A stretch of 60,897 nucleotides of DNA. Source: a virus (lineage: Duplodnaviria; Caudoviricetes). The DNA lies in IMG/VR virus record IMGVR_UViG_3300019889_000017, positions 1-60,897 of that record; one strand, 5' to 3'. Below the pieces are notes generated by a model. It saw only the letters and a program-made list of their open reading frames with translations, did no database searches and was not told where the DNA came from. Made by a program: the position numbers and the translations under genes. Of this stretch, positions 34,401 to 44,151 are shown in pieces. Position 1 is the stretch's first letter. Every line of letters starts with the position of its first letter.

Positions 34401-37400
34401 CTATGCTCCCACGTCAGCTAGTTGGGGAGGCGGCTGTGGGCCGGTGCCGATGAAGTCGGCGGTCACCTGCCGGATGCGGCCGATCTTGACGATGCGCACC
34501 GACTCCGCGACCGGCGCGGCCCAGACCTCCTCGGCGTCACTCGGCGAGATCAGTACCAGCGGCCGGGACAGCACAGCGTGCAGGACGGCCAGCTCGGCCT
34601 CCGATTCCACGGCCGCGCTCATGTGGAGGTTCCGGCCGCCCGGCGCGGCCGAGGTGACGAACCGGGAGCCCATCACGCCGTTGGCCGCGGTGAACGGCCG
34701 CACAACGTCCCACTCGAACTTGCCCGCCACCGGCGCCCACATCGGCCCGTCCGGGCCGAGCGTGCGGATCAGGTGCCAGTCCTCATCCCACTCCAGGCAG
34801 AACAGGTCCGGCGTCGGCGGGGGCGTCGGTGTCTCCATGAGCTGGACGAACGCGACCTCCTCGTGAAGCGGCTCACTCGTGGTGCTGGCGAGCGTGCCGG
34901 AGGTGACGCTGGCGACGGTCGGCGTGGTGCTGTCGGTGTTGGTGCCGGTGTGGGTGTGCGTGCCGGTGGCCACACTGACCGTGACGGTGACGCTGGAACC
35001 CTGAGTGACCGCGGCCGCCGACGCGATGGTCTCGGAGTGGGCGTGCCCGGTGGTCGTGTGGTTGTGGCTCGGCGTCGTGTGGTCATGCGGATTGAGCGAC
35101 CCGCCGGTCCCGCCGATCGATGCGGTGGCGCCGCGGGGGTGGACACCGAACAGGTCCAGCGTGCCGTTGGTCCCGTCGCACAGCTGCCAGAAGTCCGGGA
35201 TCGAGCCGATCGACCCGCGCCAGGCGCAGATCAGGCCGACGGGGAGGTCCGGCACGCCGAGCGTGTTCTCTTTAACCCGCACGTTGCGATAAGGCGGGTC
35301 GTTGCCCGCGCTGTTGCCGGACGTCCCCGACCCGCCCGAGGCCAGGGCTTGGGTGGAGGTCGACGCGGCGCTGATCGGGTGCGTGTGCGATGCGGTCCAG
35401 AGGACCTGCTGGGCTCCGGCAGTCAGCGTGTTGGCGCTGCTCACGGAGCCGGTGGTGCCGGTGTGCACGTGGGCGGTCCCGGTGTGGGTGTGCGCGTCCA
35501 CGCTGTGGTTGTGGTTGTCGAGCGCGCTCGCAGCCGTCGCTCCCCCGTTGCCAGCTGCAGCGGCACCCTTCAGGAACCGGTTCGTAGCGTCGGCGTAGTC
35601 CGTCCATCCTGACACTGAAATGTCCGGCATGAACCCGAGGGCGCCGTCCGGAACCCCCAAGGGAGTTCCGTCCGACTCCATGAAGATCACTGTCAGCCGG
35701 GCGGGATCGTTGGTCTCCGTGTCGCTGGTCGGGGCGGTGGCGCCGCTGACCACGGTGGCGGAGTTCAGCGCGGGCCGGGTATGCGTGTGGGTGGCCAGTA
35801 CGGCGACCGCACCAGCGGAGTTCGGCGTGCTGTTCAGCGCTCCCACCGCGGCCGAGGTGGCACCGGTGTGGGCGTGCACGTGGCTGGTGTCGTGCGTGTG
35901 AGTGGGCACGACGTGCGCGTGCGTGGCCACGCCTGCGACAGTCCCCGGCTGGGTTGAGCCGTCCGGTACGCCCTTCAGGTAGTGGCCGTCCAGGTCGGTG
36001 GTCCGGCGGAAACCGTCCGGGACGGTGGCGTCGGTGGACGGCCACATCACGATGAGGCCCAGCGGTATCGCAGGGTCGAAAGCATCGGACCAGTTCGAGA
36101 TCCGCAGATCCCCGTCGATCCGGCCGACGGTGCGCGCCCGGTAGTAGGAGCAGCACGGCTCCGGATCGTGGTCGCACACGCTGGAGGGACCGGTCCGGGG
36201 AAGGGTGTAGTCCACCCATTGGGCGCACTCGGCGGTGGCCAACGGGCCCAGCATGGCGATCGTCGCGGTGCTGACCGGGCTCACGATCGCCGCGGGGTTG
36301 TGGACCGTCCAGAGATTCCCCTGGGTGTCGGTGAACTCGCTCGTCCCGTCCAGGTGGCCGGTGAAGTCCGGCGCCGCGAGGATCACCCCGGCAGCGCCGT
36401 CGCGGATCTCAGCCGAGTAGATCCGGCCCGTGTAGATCTGGACCGGAGCACCGGCCAGCAGGAAGGCGCCGACGGTGAACGGCGCCGTGCTGTCGAACAG
36501 CGATGTAGTTCCTCCCCCGCTGTTGCTGAGCACGTCGCCGAGCTGAACCCACGGCCCGTCGATCTCGTTCTGGGTCTCGTAGGTGACCGTCCAGCCTCCG
36601 GCGCCGTCGTCGGTAACCAGAGTCACCCGGAGCCGGACCGCACCGAACGGGTCGATGGTCGGCCGCTCAGTGGCCTCGGCGAACGTCAGGGCGGAGGTGC
36701 CGTCTTCACTCCAGCCGAGCAGCGGGAGGCCGATGGTCCCGATCATCAGCCGCCAGGATCGCTGGTTCGAGCCGGTGTCGTAGTGGGCGACCAAGGTCTC
36801 CTCGGCGGCCGGGTACCAGGAGTCGTCGCGCTGGGCGTGGATTGTCACCTGGAGGCCGGTCATCGCCGGGCCGGGATCCGGGGTCGACGCGTAGCCGTTG
36901 CCGGTGACCAGCTGGCCGGGGATGGAGAGGTAGCCACCGACGGGGCAGTCGACGCGCTGGATCTCGATGTAGCCGACCGCCCCGTCGAAGTCGCCGACGT
37001 ACGGCGCGCACGCCTCCAGGTTGTAGAACGGCGTGCCGTCCTCCGGGTCCACCGTTGGGTTCTCCGGCACCGGGACGAGTCCCACCAGGACGGTAAAGTC
37101 CAGCATCTCCTCGACCGAGGGGTACTCGGTGTTGCTGCCCAGCGTCGTCCAGATCTGGAAGTGGGCGACGTAGGTGCCGTTGTCCAGGGGTGCGGCCAGG
37201 CGGTCGACCGGCGCACCCGAGACCAGCCCGGTGTCCGAGACCACCGCGCCGTGCAAGGTCACCCAGTAGCGGTACTGACGGGCTGACAAGCCGTCCAGGT
37301 CTACGGCGTCCGCCCGGAGCGTCGGCTGGGTGGTGTCGGAGATCGTGGTCGTCGCGGTGCCGGAGCCGTCGAGAATCTGCGGCGTGAAGGTCGGCGCCTC

Positions 37401-37823
37401 CCGCGAGTCCATGTCCAGGTACAGCTCGTTGATCTTGACCCCGGCGGACTGGCCGGTCACGTACGTGTAGAGCACGGTCGACCCGTCCGGCGGGGCGCCG
37501 AACCCCCAGGAGCCGGTCACGGTTCCCGGGGAGAGGGAGAACGAGGCGGCAGCACCGGCGACCAGCGCGCCGGAGCTGAGGCGCACCGCCCACCAGGCGT
37601 CGCCGTCCTCCCCGCGCGCGCGCAAGCGCACCTGGTGCCGCCGCTCGCCCGCCGGCGGGGCGTCCGGCGGGGTCGCCAGGATCAGGGCAGAGCCGTCTCC
37701 GGACCAGGTGGCGTACGTCGCGTCCGAGTCGTCCGAGGTGACGCCGTGCAGCGTGCCCGTGCTCGGCGTCCAGCCGACCCCCGAGGATGTGGCTGAGGGC
37801 CGGAGGGTGGTGATCGTGGCGAT
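34401..37823 (-). CDS. Tail fibre / minor tail protein (paralog of 31579-34395); start extended to ATC at 37823
   Basis: LamG-like insert, WQLCDGTNGT, HxH repeats; the upstream extension GTLHGVTSDDSDATY matches the paralog's GTLAAVTSDNSDATY. Confidence 0.75.
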   Translation of the reverse strand: MATITTLRPSATSSGVGWTPSTGTLHGVTSDDSDATYATWSGDGSALILATPPDAPPAGERRHQVRLRARGEDGDAWWAVRLSSGALVAGAAASFSLSPGTVTGSWGFGAPPDGSTVLYTYVTGQSAGVKINELYLDMDSREAPTFTPQILDGSGTATTTISDTTQPTLRADAVDLDGLSARQYRYWVTLHGAVVSDTGLVSGAPVDRLAAPLDNGTYVAHFQIWTTLGSNTEYPSVEEMLDFTVLVGLVPVPENPTVDPEDGTPFYNLEACAPYVGDFDGAVGYIEIQRVDCPVGGYLSIPGQLVTGNGYASTPDPGPAMTGLQVTIHAQRDDSWYPAAEETLVAHYDTGSNQRSWRLMIGTIGLPLLGWSEDGTSALTFAEATERPTIDPFGAVRLRVTLVTDDGAGGWTVTYETQNEIDGPWVQLGDVLSNSGGGTTSLFDSTAPFTVGAFLLAGAPVQIYTGRIYSAEIRDGAAGVILAAPDFTGHLDGTSEFTDTQGNLWTVHNPAAIVSPVSTATIAMLGPLATAECAQWVDYTLPRTGPSSVCDHDPEPCCSYYRARTVGRIDGDLRISNWSDAFDPAIPLGLIVMWPSTDATVPDGFRRTTDLDGHYLKGVPDGSTQPGTVAGVATHAHVVPTHTHDTSHVHAHTGATSAAVGALNSTPNSAGAVAVLATHTHTRPALNSATVVSGATAPTSDTETNDPARLTVIFMESDGTPLGVPDGALGFMPDISVSGWTDYADATNRFLKGAAAAGNGGATAASALDNHNHSVDAHTHTGTAHVHTGTTGSVSSANTLTAGAQQVLWTASHTHPISAASTSTQALASGGSGTSGNSAGNDPPYRNVRVKENTLGVPDLPVGLICAWRGSIGSIPDFWQLCDGTNGTLDLFGVHPRGATASIGGTGGSLNPHDHTTPSHNHTTTGHAHSETIASAAAVTQGSSVTVTVSVATGTHTHTGTNTDSTTPTVASVTSGTLASTTSEPLHEEVAFVQLMETPTPPPTPDLFCLEWDEDWHLIRTLGPDGPMWAPVAGKFEWDVVRPFTAANGVMGSRFVTSAAPGGRNLHMSAAVESEAELAVLHAVLSRPLVLISPSDAEEVWAAPVAESVRIVKIGRIRQVTADFIGTGPQPPPQLADVGA

Positions 37824-37835
37824 GGCTCGTACCTC

Positions 37836-40505
37836 CTATCGGACCAGGGTGGCTTGACCGAGGCGCTCCAGGATGGCCTCCGCGGCCTCCTCGCCAGCTT
37901 CCTCACCCTGACCCTGGATGAGGATGGCGCCGGGCGCGATAGTGATGGTGATGTTGCCCAGCGCCGCGCCGTCGCCACCCCGGACCGGCCCGGCGGTGAA
38001 CGAGGGGAGGTCGCCGGTGAGATCGGCAAGGGTGTCCTGGATCATCTTGCGCCGATCCGTCAGGCCCTCCTCGAACCCCTGCATCACCAGTTGGCCGGAC
38101 TTGCGAAGGATGTTCATGTCCACCGAGGCCGGACCCTTCCAGTCCGGCAGCAGCGAGGTCAACCGGGACAGCAGCCCTCTCACCCGGTCGAACCCGGACT
38201 GGATGCCCGAGATCAGGCCGTCGATGATCCGTCGCCCAGCACTGACCAGCCACGACCCGGCACCCGCGAACGCGCCGACGATCGCTCCCCGGACCGCGTT
38301 CGTAGCCTTGATCGCGGCATTCAACCCGGTCGCGGTCATCGACTGGCCGAACCGGGTCATCAGCGAGACCCCGGCCGACGACATGGATCCGAGCGCCGAC
38401 AGCAATCCGGAGACGACCGCCGCATTGATCTTGAACACCGCACCGACCAGCGAGGGGATGGCTTTGGTGAACGCGACAATCAGAGCGGCCATCAGCTGGG
38501 CACCGGCCCCGGCTATCTGAGGCGCGTTCGCCACCAGCGTGTCGACCACGATCGGGATCAGGACACCTGAGACGAACTGGACGATCAGGCCCAGGCTGTC
38601 GGCCATCGCTTGGATGATCGTCAATATGATGTTGATCGCCGCGTCGATGACCTGGGGGTTATCCCGCAGGAAGGCGGTGATCTGTGGGATAAGGGTGCCG
38701 GTGATGAACGTGGTCAGCAGGCCGATGTTGGTCGACCACGCATTGAGCAGCGACTGGAACACGTCGAGCCCGGCCTGGAGGAACTGCGGGTTGTCCCGGA
38801 ACATCTTCGTGATCGCGGGGATGATCTGCGTCGTGATGATCGTGACGATCAGCCCGACGTTGTTGACCCAGCCCTGCATGAACTGCTGGACCGCGAGTAG
38901 GCCCTGCTCTATCAGCGCCGGGCCCTGGGTCTGCAGCGTGCTCAGCAGCGCGGGGATGACCTGGGTCTGGATCGTGCTGATCAGCTGGGGCAGCGCGTTG
39001 GCGAAGCCCTGCACGACCGCCAGCAGCAGGTTGGTCCCGAGTAGCAGCAACTGCGGGACGGCGCTGATCAGCGCAGACACGATCTTGGGGATGGCGCTGA
39101 TCAGCGCGATCGACAGGGCGGGCAGCGCGCCTAGGACGCCCTCTATCAGGCCTTGGACCAGCCGGAGCCCGGCGGCGATGATGATCGGGATCAGCCCGAT
39201 GATGCCGGTGACCAGCGTGGTTACGATCTGGATCACCGCCGGGAGCAGTATCGGCAGCGCGGCCACGATCCCGTCCACCAGGCCGTTGATCAGCTCGCCC
39301 GCTGCAGCCACGATCTTCGGGGCCGCGGTAACCAGCCCGTTGACCATCGCGGTGATCACCTGGACCAGCGACTGGATCACGTTCGGGATGATCGTCGGGA
39401 GCGCGTCGGCAATGCCCAGGGCCAGCTCCACGGCCGCGTCCAGGACCGCGGACTTCATCTCCAGGAACCCGGCGATCAGGTCCGGCAGGTGGCTGACCAC
39501 GAAGTCCAGGCCGTCGGTGACCAGGCCTCGGAGAGCCTCGACGGCGCGGTCGAAGAACCCGGGCCCGAACCCGCCGAGGAAGGTCTTGACCGCGACGTAG
39601 GCCTCACTCAGGAACGCGATGGCCTTGCCCAGGCCGACGATCACCGCGCCCAGGCCCTTGACGAAGTCCTGGAAGAAGATCGTCGCGTCCGGGCCGCTGG
39701 CGGCGATCAGTTCGAAGAAGGTGCCCAGATCGTCCCCGAGCCCGGGGAGGACGGCTGCCATGCCTTTGAGGAACGGAGCGGCCGCGGCGATCAACAGGTT
39801 GAATCCCGGCAGGGAGTTCTTGACCAGGTCGGCCAGCCCGGCCGCGAACGGCACGATGGCCGGGCCTATGTCCTTGAACGCTTCCTTGACCTGCGGGCCG
39901 ATCTGAACTACCAGCTTCTGGAATACGCCGAGCGCGTCGATCAGCGGCTTGAGGATCGGCTGAGCCGCATCGGTGAAGACCTTCTTCATCGACTCGGTCA
40001 ACTTGGTGGCTGCAGCCTTGAGGGCGGGCTCCTCCTTCAGCAGGAACGCGCCGAGGCCGATGACACCCAGGCCACCGGCGGCGAGCACCGCGCTGGCGAT
40101 TGCGGCGCCGAGCGCCGGGCCGACCACGGCCGCGATGCCGGCGACGATGCCCAGGCCCACCACGATGAGCGCGGGCCCGATCAGACTCGGGATGGCGGAC
40201 AATCCGCCGGTGAGGCTCTTGGCGAACAGCTTGATCGCCGTTTCGCCGGAGTTCTCCAGGTTTCTGGAGAAGCTCTTACCTGAGTCGTCGGCAGCATCGT
40301 TGAGCGCTTTACCGATCAACTTCCCGGCGGCGCGCGCTTTCACCACGGTCCGGGCGAGATCGGCGTCATCGACCTCCACAGGAACCTTGACCGGATCGAG
40401 GCGCATCCGGGCCAGCGCAGCATTGATCTTGGCCTCGGCCTCTTTGGCGAAAGCCTTCACGTCCCCCGTGATCAGGACGCGCGCTGAACCGACATCGGTA
40501 GCCAC
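37836..40505 (-). CDS. Tape measure protein
   Basis: 889 aa Ala/Gly/Leu-rich amphipathic repeats, 'DVGSARVLI' N-terminus, 'LPDWKGP' C-terminal motif. Confidence 0.88.
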   Translation of the reverse strand: MATDVGSARVLITGDVKAFAKEAEAKINAALARMRLDPVKVPVEVDDADLARTVVKARAAGKLIGKALNDAADDSGKSFSRNLENSGETAIKLFAKSLTGGLSAIPSLIGPALIVVGLGIVAGIAAVVGPALGAAIASAVLAAGGLGVIGLGAFLLKEEPALKAAATKLTESMKKVFTDAAQPILKPLIDALGVFQKLVVQIGPQVKEAFKDIGPAIVPFAAGLADLVKNSLPGFNLLIAAAAPFLKGMAAVLPGLGDDLGTFFELIAASGPDATIFFQDFVKGLGAVIVGLGKAIAFLSEAYVAVKTFLGGFGPGFFDRAVEALRGLVTDGLDFVVSHLPDLIAGFLEMKSAVLDAAVELALGIADALPTIIPNVIQSLVQVITAMVNGLVTAAPKIVAAAGELINGLVDGIVAALPILLPAVIQIVTTLVTGIIGLIPIIIAAGLRLVQGLIEGVLGALPALSIALISAIPKIVSALISAVPQLLLLGTNLLLAVVQGFANALPQLISTIQTQVIPALLSTLQTQGPALIEQGLLAVQQFMQGWVNNVGLIVTIITTQIIPAITKMFRDNPQFLQAGLDVFQSLLNAWSTNIGLLTTFITGTLIPQITAFLRDNPQVIDAAINIILTIIQAMADSLGLIVQFVSGVLIPIVVDTLVANAPQIAGAGAQLMAALIVAFTKAIPSLVGAVFKINAAVVSGLLSALGSMSSAGVSLMTRFGQSMTATGLNAAIKATNAVRGAIVGAFAGAGSWLVSAGRRIIDGLISGIQSGFDRVRGLLSRLTSLLPDWKGPASVDMNILRKSGQLVMQGFEEGLTDRRKMIQDTLADLTGDLPSFTAGPVRGGDGAALGNITITIAPGAILIQGQGEEAGEEAAEAILERLGQATLVR

Positions 40506-40566
40506 GCGACTAGCGTACGTGCCCTGCTACTCAGGACACAGAGGGCATTTCAGCTAGGATGGCTGT

Positions 40567-40995
40567 GTGGATGTCTCGCGCGCCCAGCTCTCGAACACCG
40601 GGGACATGGTTCAGCTGTCCGATCCGGAGTTTCCCTGGACGGTCGACGTCTACCTGGCTGAGGGCACCGAACGTCCTGAGGTCCGAGGGCTGGTCATCTG
40701 GGCGCGCAACGGCCAGCCGATCACTTCCACCGTGTTGGCCCAGCTGCCGGTCCGCCAGCTGGCCAGCGTGGCCGCCAGCGCGCTGCTCGGGGAGGGGGAG
40801 GCGCAATACCGGATGCTCGCCCTCCCGCGGCCGCCGGGATCCCGCAGCTGGCCACCGGACCACTTTGACCGGGTCGCGCGCGTGGGCGCGTGGGCGCTCG
40901 CTACGGGGCGTCCTGGCGGTGCGGCTGGAGCCGTTGCAGAGTTCTGGGGCGTTCACTATCGGACGGCGCGCCGGTGGCTGTCAGGCCACCAGTAG
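40567..40995 (+). CDS. HTH-containing protein, antisense to the tail operon
   Basis: C-terminal AVAEFWGVHYRTARRWL. Confidence 0.6.
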   Translation: MDVSRAQLSNTGDMVQLSDPEFPWTVDVYLAEGTERPEVRGLVIWARNGQPITSTVLAQLPVRQLASVAASALLGEGEAQYRMLALPRPPGSRSWPPDHFDRVARVGAWALATGRPGGAAGAVAEFWGVHYRTARRWLSGHQ

Positions 40996-41530
40996 GTTTC
41001 GGCCCGGCCAGGCTCTCGAACTCTGCGGTGATCTTCCCGCGGTCCGGAGCCCGGCGCTTGCCTGTGGTCAGCGCCTCGTTGTCCAGCAGCCGGACGAACT
41101 TTTCCCGTGCATCCTTGTCCAGGTTACCGGCCACCAGCATGTAGATCGCGTCGAGCGCGGCAGCGATCGGCATGACGTCCCAGCGGAACCCGTGCTGCGC
41201 CAGCTGCCCGTTGATCATCGACCAGTGGGTGGTGGCCACCGTGGCAAGCACCAGCGTGGCGTGGAAAGAGCGCCCGGCGACCTGTTCGACAGCTTCCACC
41301 AGAGCGGCTTTCAACTCGGCGCTGTCGACCTCCGCGGACAGGAGGAGATCGTCAAGGCTGTCCCCGTCCTCAGGACTTGACCTTAAGAGGTCAAGAACCT
41401 CGGACGGGTCGCCCGATGCGATCACCGGGAACCAGTCGGCCGCCGGGAGAGCCGGGATCTCGAACTCCCGGCCGCCGATGTCCAGCGTGACGGCCCAGAG
41501 CTTCAGCGAAGCAACCGGGTCCACGTCCAT
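40901..41530 (-). CDS. Probable tail assembly chaperone
   Basis: Position upstream of the TMP; 'FEIPALPAADW'. Confidence 0.5.
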   Translation of the reverse strand: MDVDPVASLKLWAVTLDIGGREFEIPALPAADWFPVIASGDPSEVLDLLRSSPEDGDSLDDLLLSAEVDSAELKAALVEAVEQVAGRSFHATLVLATVATTHWSMINGQLAQHGFRWDVMPIAAALDAIYMLVAGNLDKDAREKFVRLLDNEALTTGKRRAPDRGKITAEFESLAGPKPTGGLTATGAPSDSERPRTLQRLQPHRQDAP

Positions 41531-41531
41531 G

Positions 41532-42068
41532 TCAGGGCGCCATGCTCCGGGCCAGCTCCAGGAGCCGGTCTACCGTAGCGGTCGGCGACGCGCCGTCCCA
41601 CTTGGGCGCGTGCTCCAGCTCGGGCACCGAGGCGAAGTCGTCCCAGTGCGACAGCTTGTAGTGATAGGTGATCACTCCCGTGGGGAGGTTGATCCCCACG
41701 ATGAAATAGCCGCCCTCGAACATCGGGTCGTCGTCCGGATGGTGAGCCTTGCTCCGCCAGGAGTCACCCGCCTTGTCGGCCGCAACCGCGGCCAGCACAG
41801 CGGTCAGCGCGCGGCGGTGGTCGTACAGCTGCCCGAACGTGTGGAACCCGTCGCTGATCTCGTCCGAGCCCCCGGACAGCGCCCGGAGGGTCTGGCCCAG
41901 GAGAGCGCGGATCGTGCCGGTCTCGTGGTCCGAGGCCACCCGGAGATTCAGCGGGTCGATCGACGTGGCGACCACGAATGCGTACGGCATCCCGTTGGCG
42001 AACGTCTCCAGGACCCGGCCCTCCGCGTCGTCCGGGTCGGCATAAGTCTCGATGTAGTCGACGGTCAT
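41532..42068 (-). CDS. WDGH-like domain protein
   Basis: SDGFHTFGQLYDHR, WRSKAHH, FIVGI.LPTG.ITYHY, APKWDG. Confidence 0.65.
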   Translation of the reverse strand: MTVDYIETYADPDDAEGRVLETFANGMPYAFVVATSIDPLNLRVASDHETGTIRALLGQTLRALSGGSDEISDGFHTFGQLYDHRRALTAVLAAVAADKAGDSWRSKAHHPDDDPMFEGGYFIVGINLPTGVITYHYKLSHWDDFASVPELEHAPKWDGASPTATVDRLLELARSMAP

Positions 42069-42427
42069 CAGTCAGTCCGGCTCGGGTGGTCGGCGAACAA
42101 CGGTGGGTCGACCACAGTCGGCGGCCGAGGCACCGAACCGGCGCGGCCGGTGTCGTGCTTGATCCCGGCACGCATCGCGTTGTCCTTGGCCGCTATCAAC
42201 TTGTTCAGCGCAGTGGTCAGCTCAGGCGAGTCGGTGGTGATCCATCCGACCAGCTCCACCCCGGTCTGGTAGAACGGCCGCGAGTACCTCTGCAGCTGCG
42301 GGGGGAGGTGCGAGAACGTCAGCCACTGGAGCGCATCGCATACACCCGGGTGGCGTCCCTGAGTAATGCGCTCGGCGTGCTCACGCGTTCCCAGGGTGTC
42401 GGCGAGATCTCGATGGGGTCGGGACAT
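42068..42427 (-). CDS. Helical hairpin phage protein, possibly Acb2/Tad1-like
   Basis: FSHLPPQLQRYSRPF...PELTTALNKLIAAKDNAMRA. Confidence 0.5.
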   Translation of the reverse strand: MSRPHRDLADTLGTREHAERITQGRHPGVCDALQWLTFSHLPPQLQRYSRPFYQTGVELVGWITTDSPELTTALNKLIAAKDNAMRAGIKHDTGRAGSVPRPPTVVDPPLFADHPSRTD

Positions 42428-42547
42428 GATCAGGGTTTCTCCTCTTCTTGACGCGGTAACTGAGCTGGATCGGCAGGAGCTTGCGCCGTGCGGCCTTCTC
42501 CACCCGCCGTTCGTCGGCGCGCCGCTGGACACGGCGCGCCCTGGAGT

Positions 42548-42937
42548 TCACGCCCGTTTCCTGGCCGCGGCCTTCTTGGCAGGCGCCGCCTTCTTGGCGA
42601 CACGGCGACTGGCGCGGTTGTCATCCTGCGCGAACGCGCTCAAGGCCAGCGGGATGATATCGGCCGACTGCTGGAGATCGAGGTCCCCGGCGAGCATCTG
42701 GTCATCCATCCAATCGATGTCTGCCTGGTTCAGGATCACCGAGTCGACAATGTTGCGGAGCCGCTCCAGCGAAGCCATGACCTGCTCGCCGGTCCAGTTC
42801 TCGGTGGCCTGGAGCCGGACGAGTATCCGCTTCCACACCAGGATCTGCTCAGGCCTGGGCATCTTGACCCAGATTTTGCGGTTCCGGAACTCGATCTCGC
42901 GCTCCGGGACCTCAGTAGCTCCCTGCTGTTCGGTCAT
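42548..42937 (-). CDS. Probable tail assembly chaperone
   Basis: Position and size; 'NRASRR' plus AKKA tail. Confidence 0.45.
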   Translation of the reverse strand: MTEQQGATEVPEREIEFRNRKIWVKMPRPEQILVWKRILVRLQATENWTGEQVMASLERLRNIVDSVILNQADIDWMDDQMLAGDLDLQQSADIIPLALSAFAQDDNRASRRVAKKAAPAKKAAARKRA

Positions 42938-43067
42938 GGTGCCACCCTACCCTGGAGGAGCGGACATCTCAGGGCCAGATGCCGATCGCCAGCCCGATCA
43001 CGAACACGGCGACGACGAGATTGATCACCATGCAGACCAGCGCTATGCGGATCACCGGGTCCACAGG

Positions 43068-43484
43068 TCAGCCGATCGTCACGGTGAAGTCCGGGGCACC
43101 GCCCGCGACCTGCTCAAGTGCCTCGTACAACCAAGGGCGTGGCGCTCGTGCCGGCTGGTGGACCCACTTGGCGTAGACAACCTTCCCGCCCACGGTGAAA
43201 CGCAGCTTGCCACCCGGATTCTTAGGGAAGATCGTGAGCGATCGGCGGCCGTTGTGTATGGCCGCCGCATACTCGGCCGTGTAGACGATCGTGCCGACTA
43301 CGGTCGACGCCTTGACGTCCACGCTCATCTGGCCCGAGGCGCGAAGGTTTCCCGTATCCACCGGAGTCAGCACCTGGGAGCGGTTGAACGTCCGGCGAGT
43401 GACGCGGGTGACCAGGCTCTTCGCACGCCGCATACCCACGCCGCGGAGCTTGGCACGGTCCAGCTTGAGCACGTGGGCGACCAT
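43068..43484 (-). CDS. HK97 gp10-like neck / tail completion protein
   Basis: TPVDTGNLRAS, YAAAIHNG, PRPWLYEAL. Confidence 0.75.
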   Translation of the reverse strand: MVAHVLKLDRAKLRGVGMRRAKSLVTRVTRRTFNRSQVLTPVDTGNLRASGQMSVDVKASTVVGTIVYTAEYAAAIHNGRRSLTIFPKNPGGKLRFTVGGKVVYAKWVHQPARAPRPWLYEALEQVAGGAPDFTVTIG

Positions 43485-43500
43485 CTTTCGAGCGTACCGG

Positions 43501-43529
43501 TTGATACCTCCCCGGCATAGCGGTAAGGT
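43501..43529 (+). promoter_or_regulatory. Phage promoter motif copy pointing into a non-coding region
   Basis: TTGATA-17-TAAGGT. Confidence 0.65.
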
Positions 43530-43536
43530 AACCACA

Positions 43537-44060
43537 GCTGAAAGTGGTTCGTGGATGACACGCAGGCTCAACGGCCCGTGCCCGGCTGTTGCTGCATCGG
43601 GCACGGTACGGACGCGCAGGAATCCGCCGAGAACGGCATGAGATCGCCGTGACATCCCGGAGAGACGGGAGGTGGCTCCGCTGGGGGACCAGTTAATTAG
43701 GCGGTTTCAAGTACCGTCCGGAGCACGAGGTGACCGACGTTTGCGCATCGCAAGAAGAGGGCGGGACGTGGCTGGCATCTCTCGGCCGCCGGCATCGTGG
43801 CGGGGACGGCCACCAGAGGTGGTGCTCAGAGCGTGGAGCGAGGGTAAAAACTCACGTGAGGTTTCCGGGTCCTCTTCAAACCGGGGACGGCCACCAGAGG
43901 TGGCAACGTGGCACTCCGGGATATTGCCCGGAGCCGGGACGCTGGAGCCACGTTTTGCGATGGCGAGGGAGCGGCAGTACGGCCTCTGCTGGAAACAAGC
44001 GCGCGAGGAAATCGATAGGCAACCGCGTCAGTACGGCTCCCGAACCAAAATCGTCAGACA
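43537..44060 (+). ncRNA. Candidate large structured ncRNA
   Basis: No convincing ORF; many nested stems; duplicated 21-nt module; own promoter. Confidence 0.5.
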
Positions 44061-44151
44061 TCTACCGATCATGAAGCCATCACTGTAAGGTGAGTCGTAG
44101 ATACAGCGGAGGCTCCGGACGAGGATCGATCTCCCCGGGGCTTCCTGCTGA

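Noticed and set aside
36310-36345. TGGGTGTCG in the tail gene resembling a unit loop
   Set aside because: No TGA/TGG box at the right spacing and no closing stem.
43672-44088. ORFs 43672-44088 and 43730-44074
   Set aside because: No recognisable protein features; the region is better explained by RNA structure.
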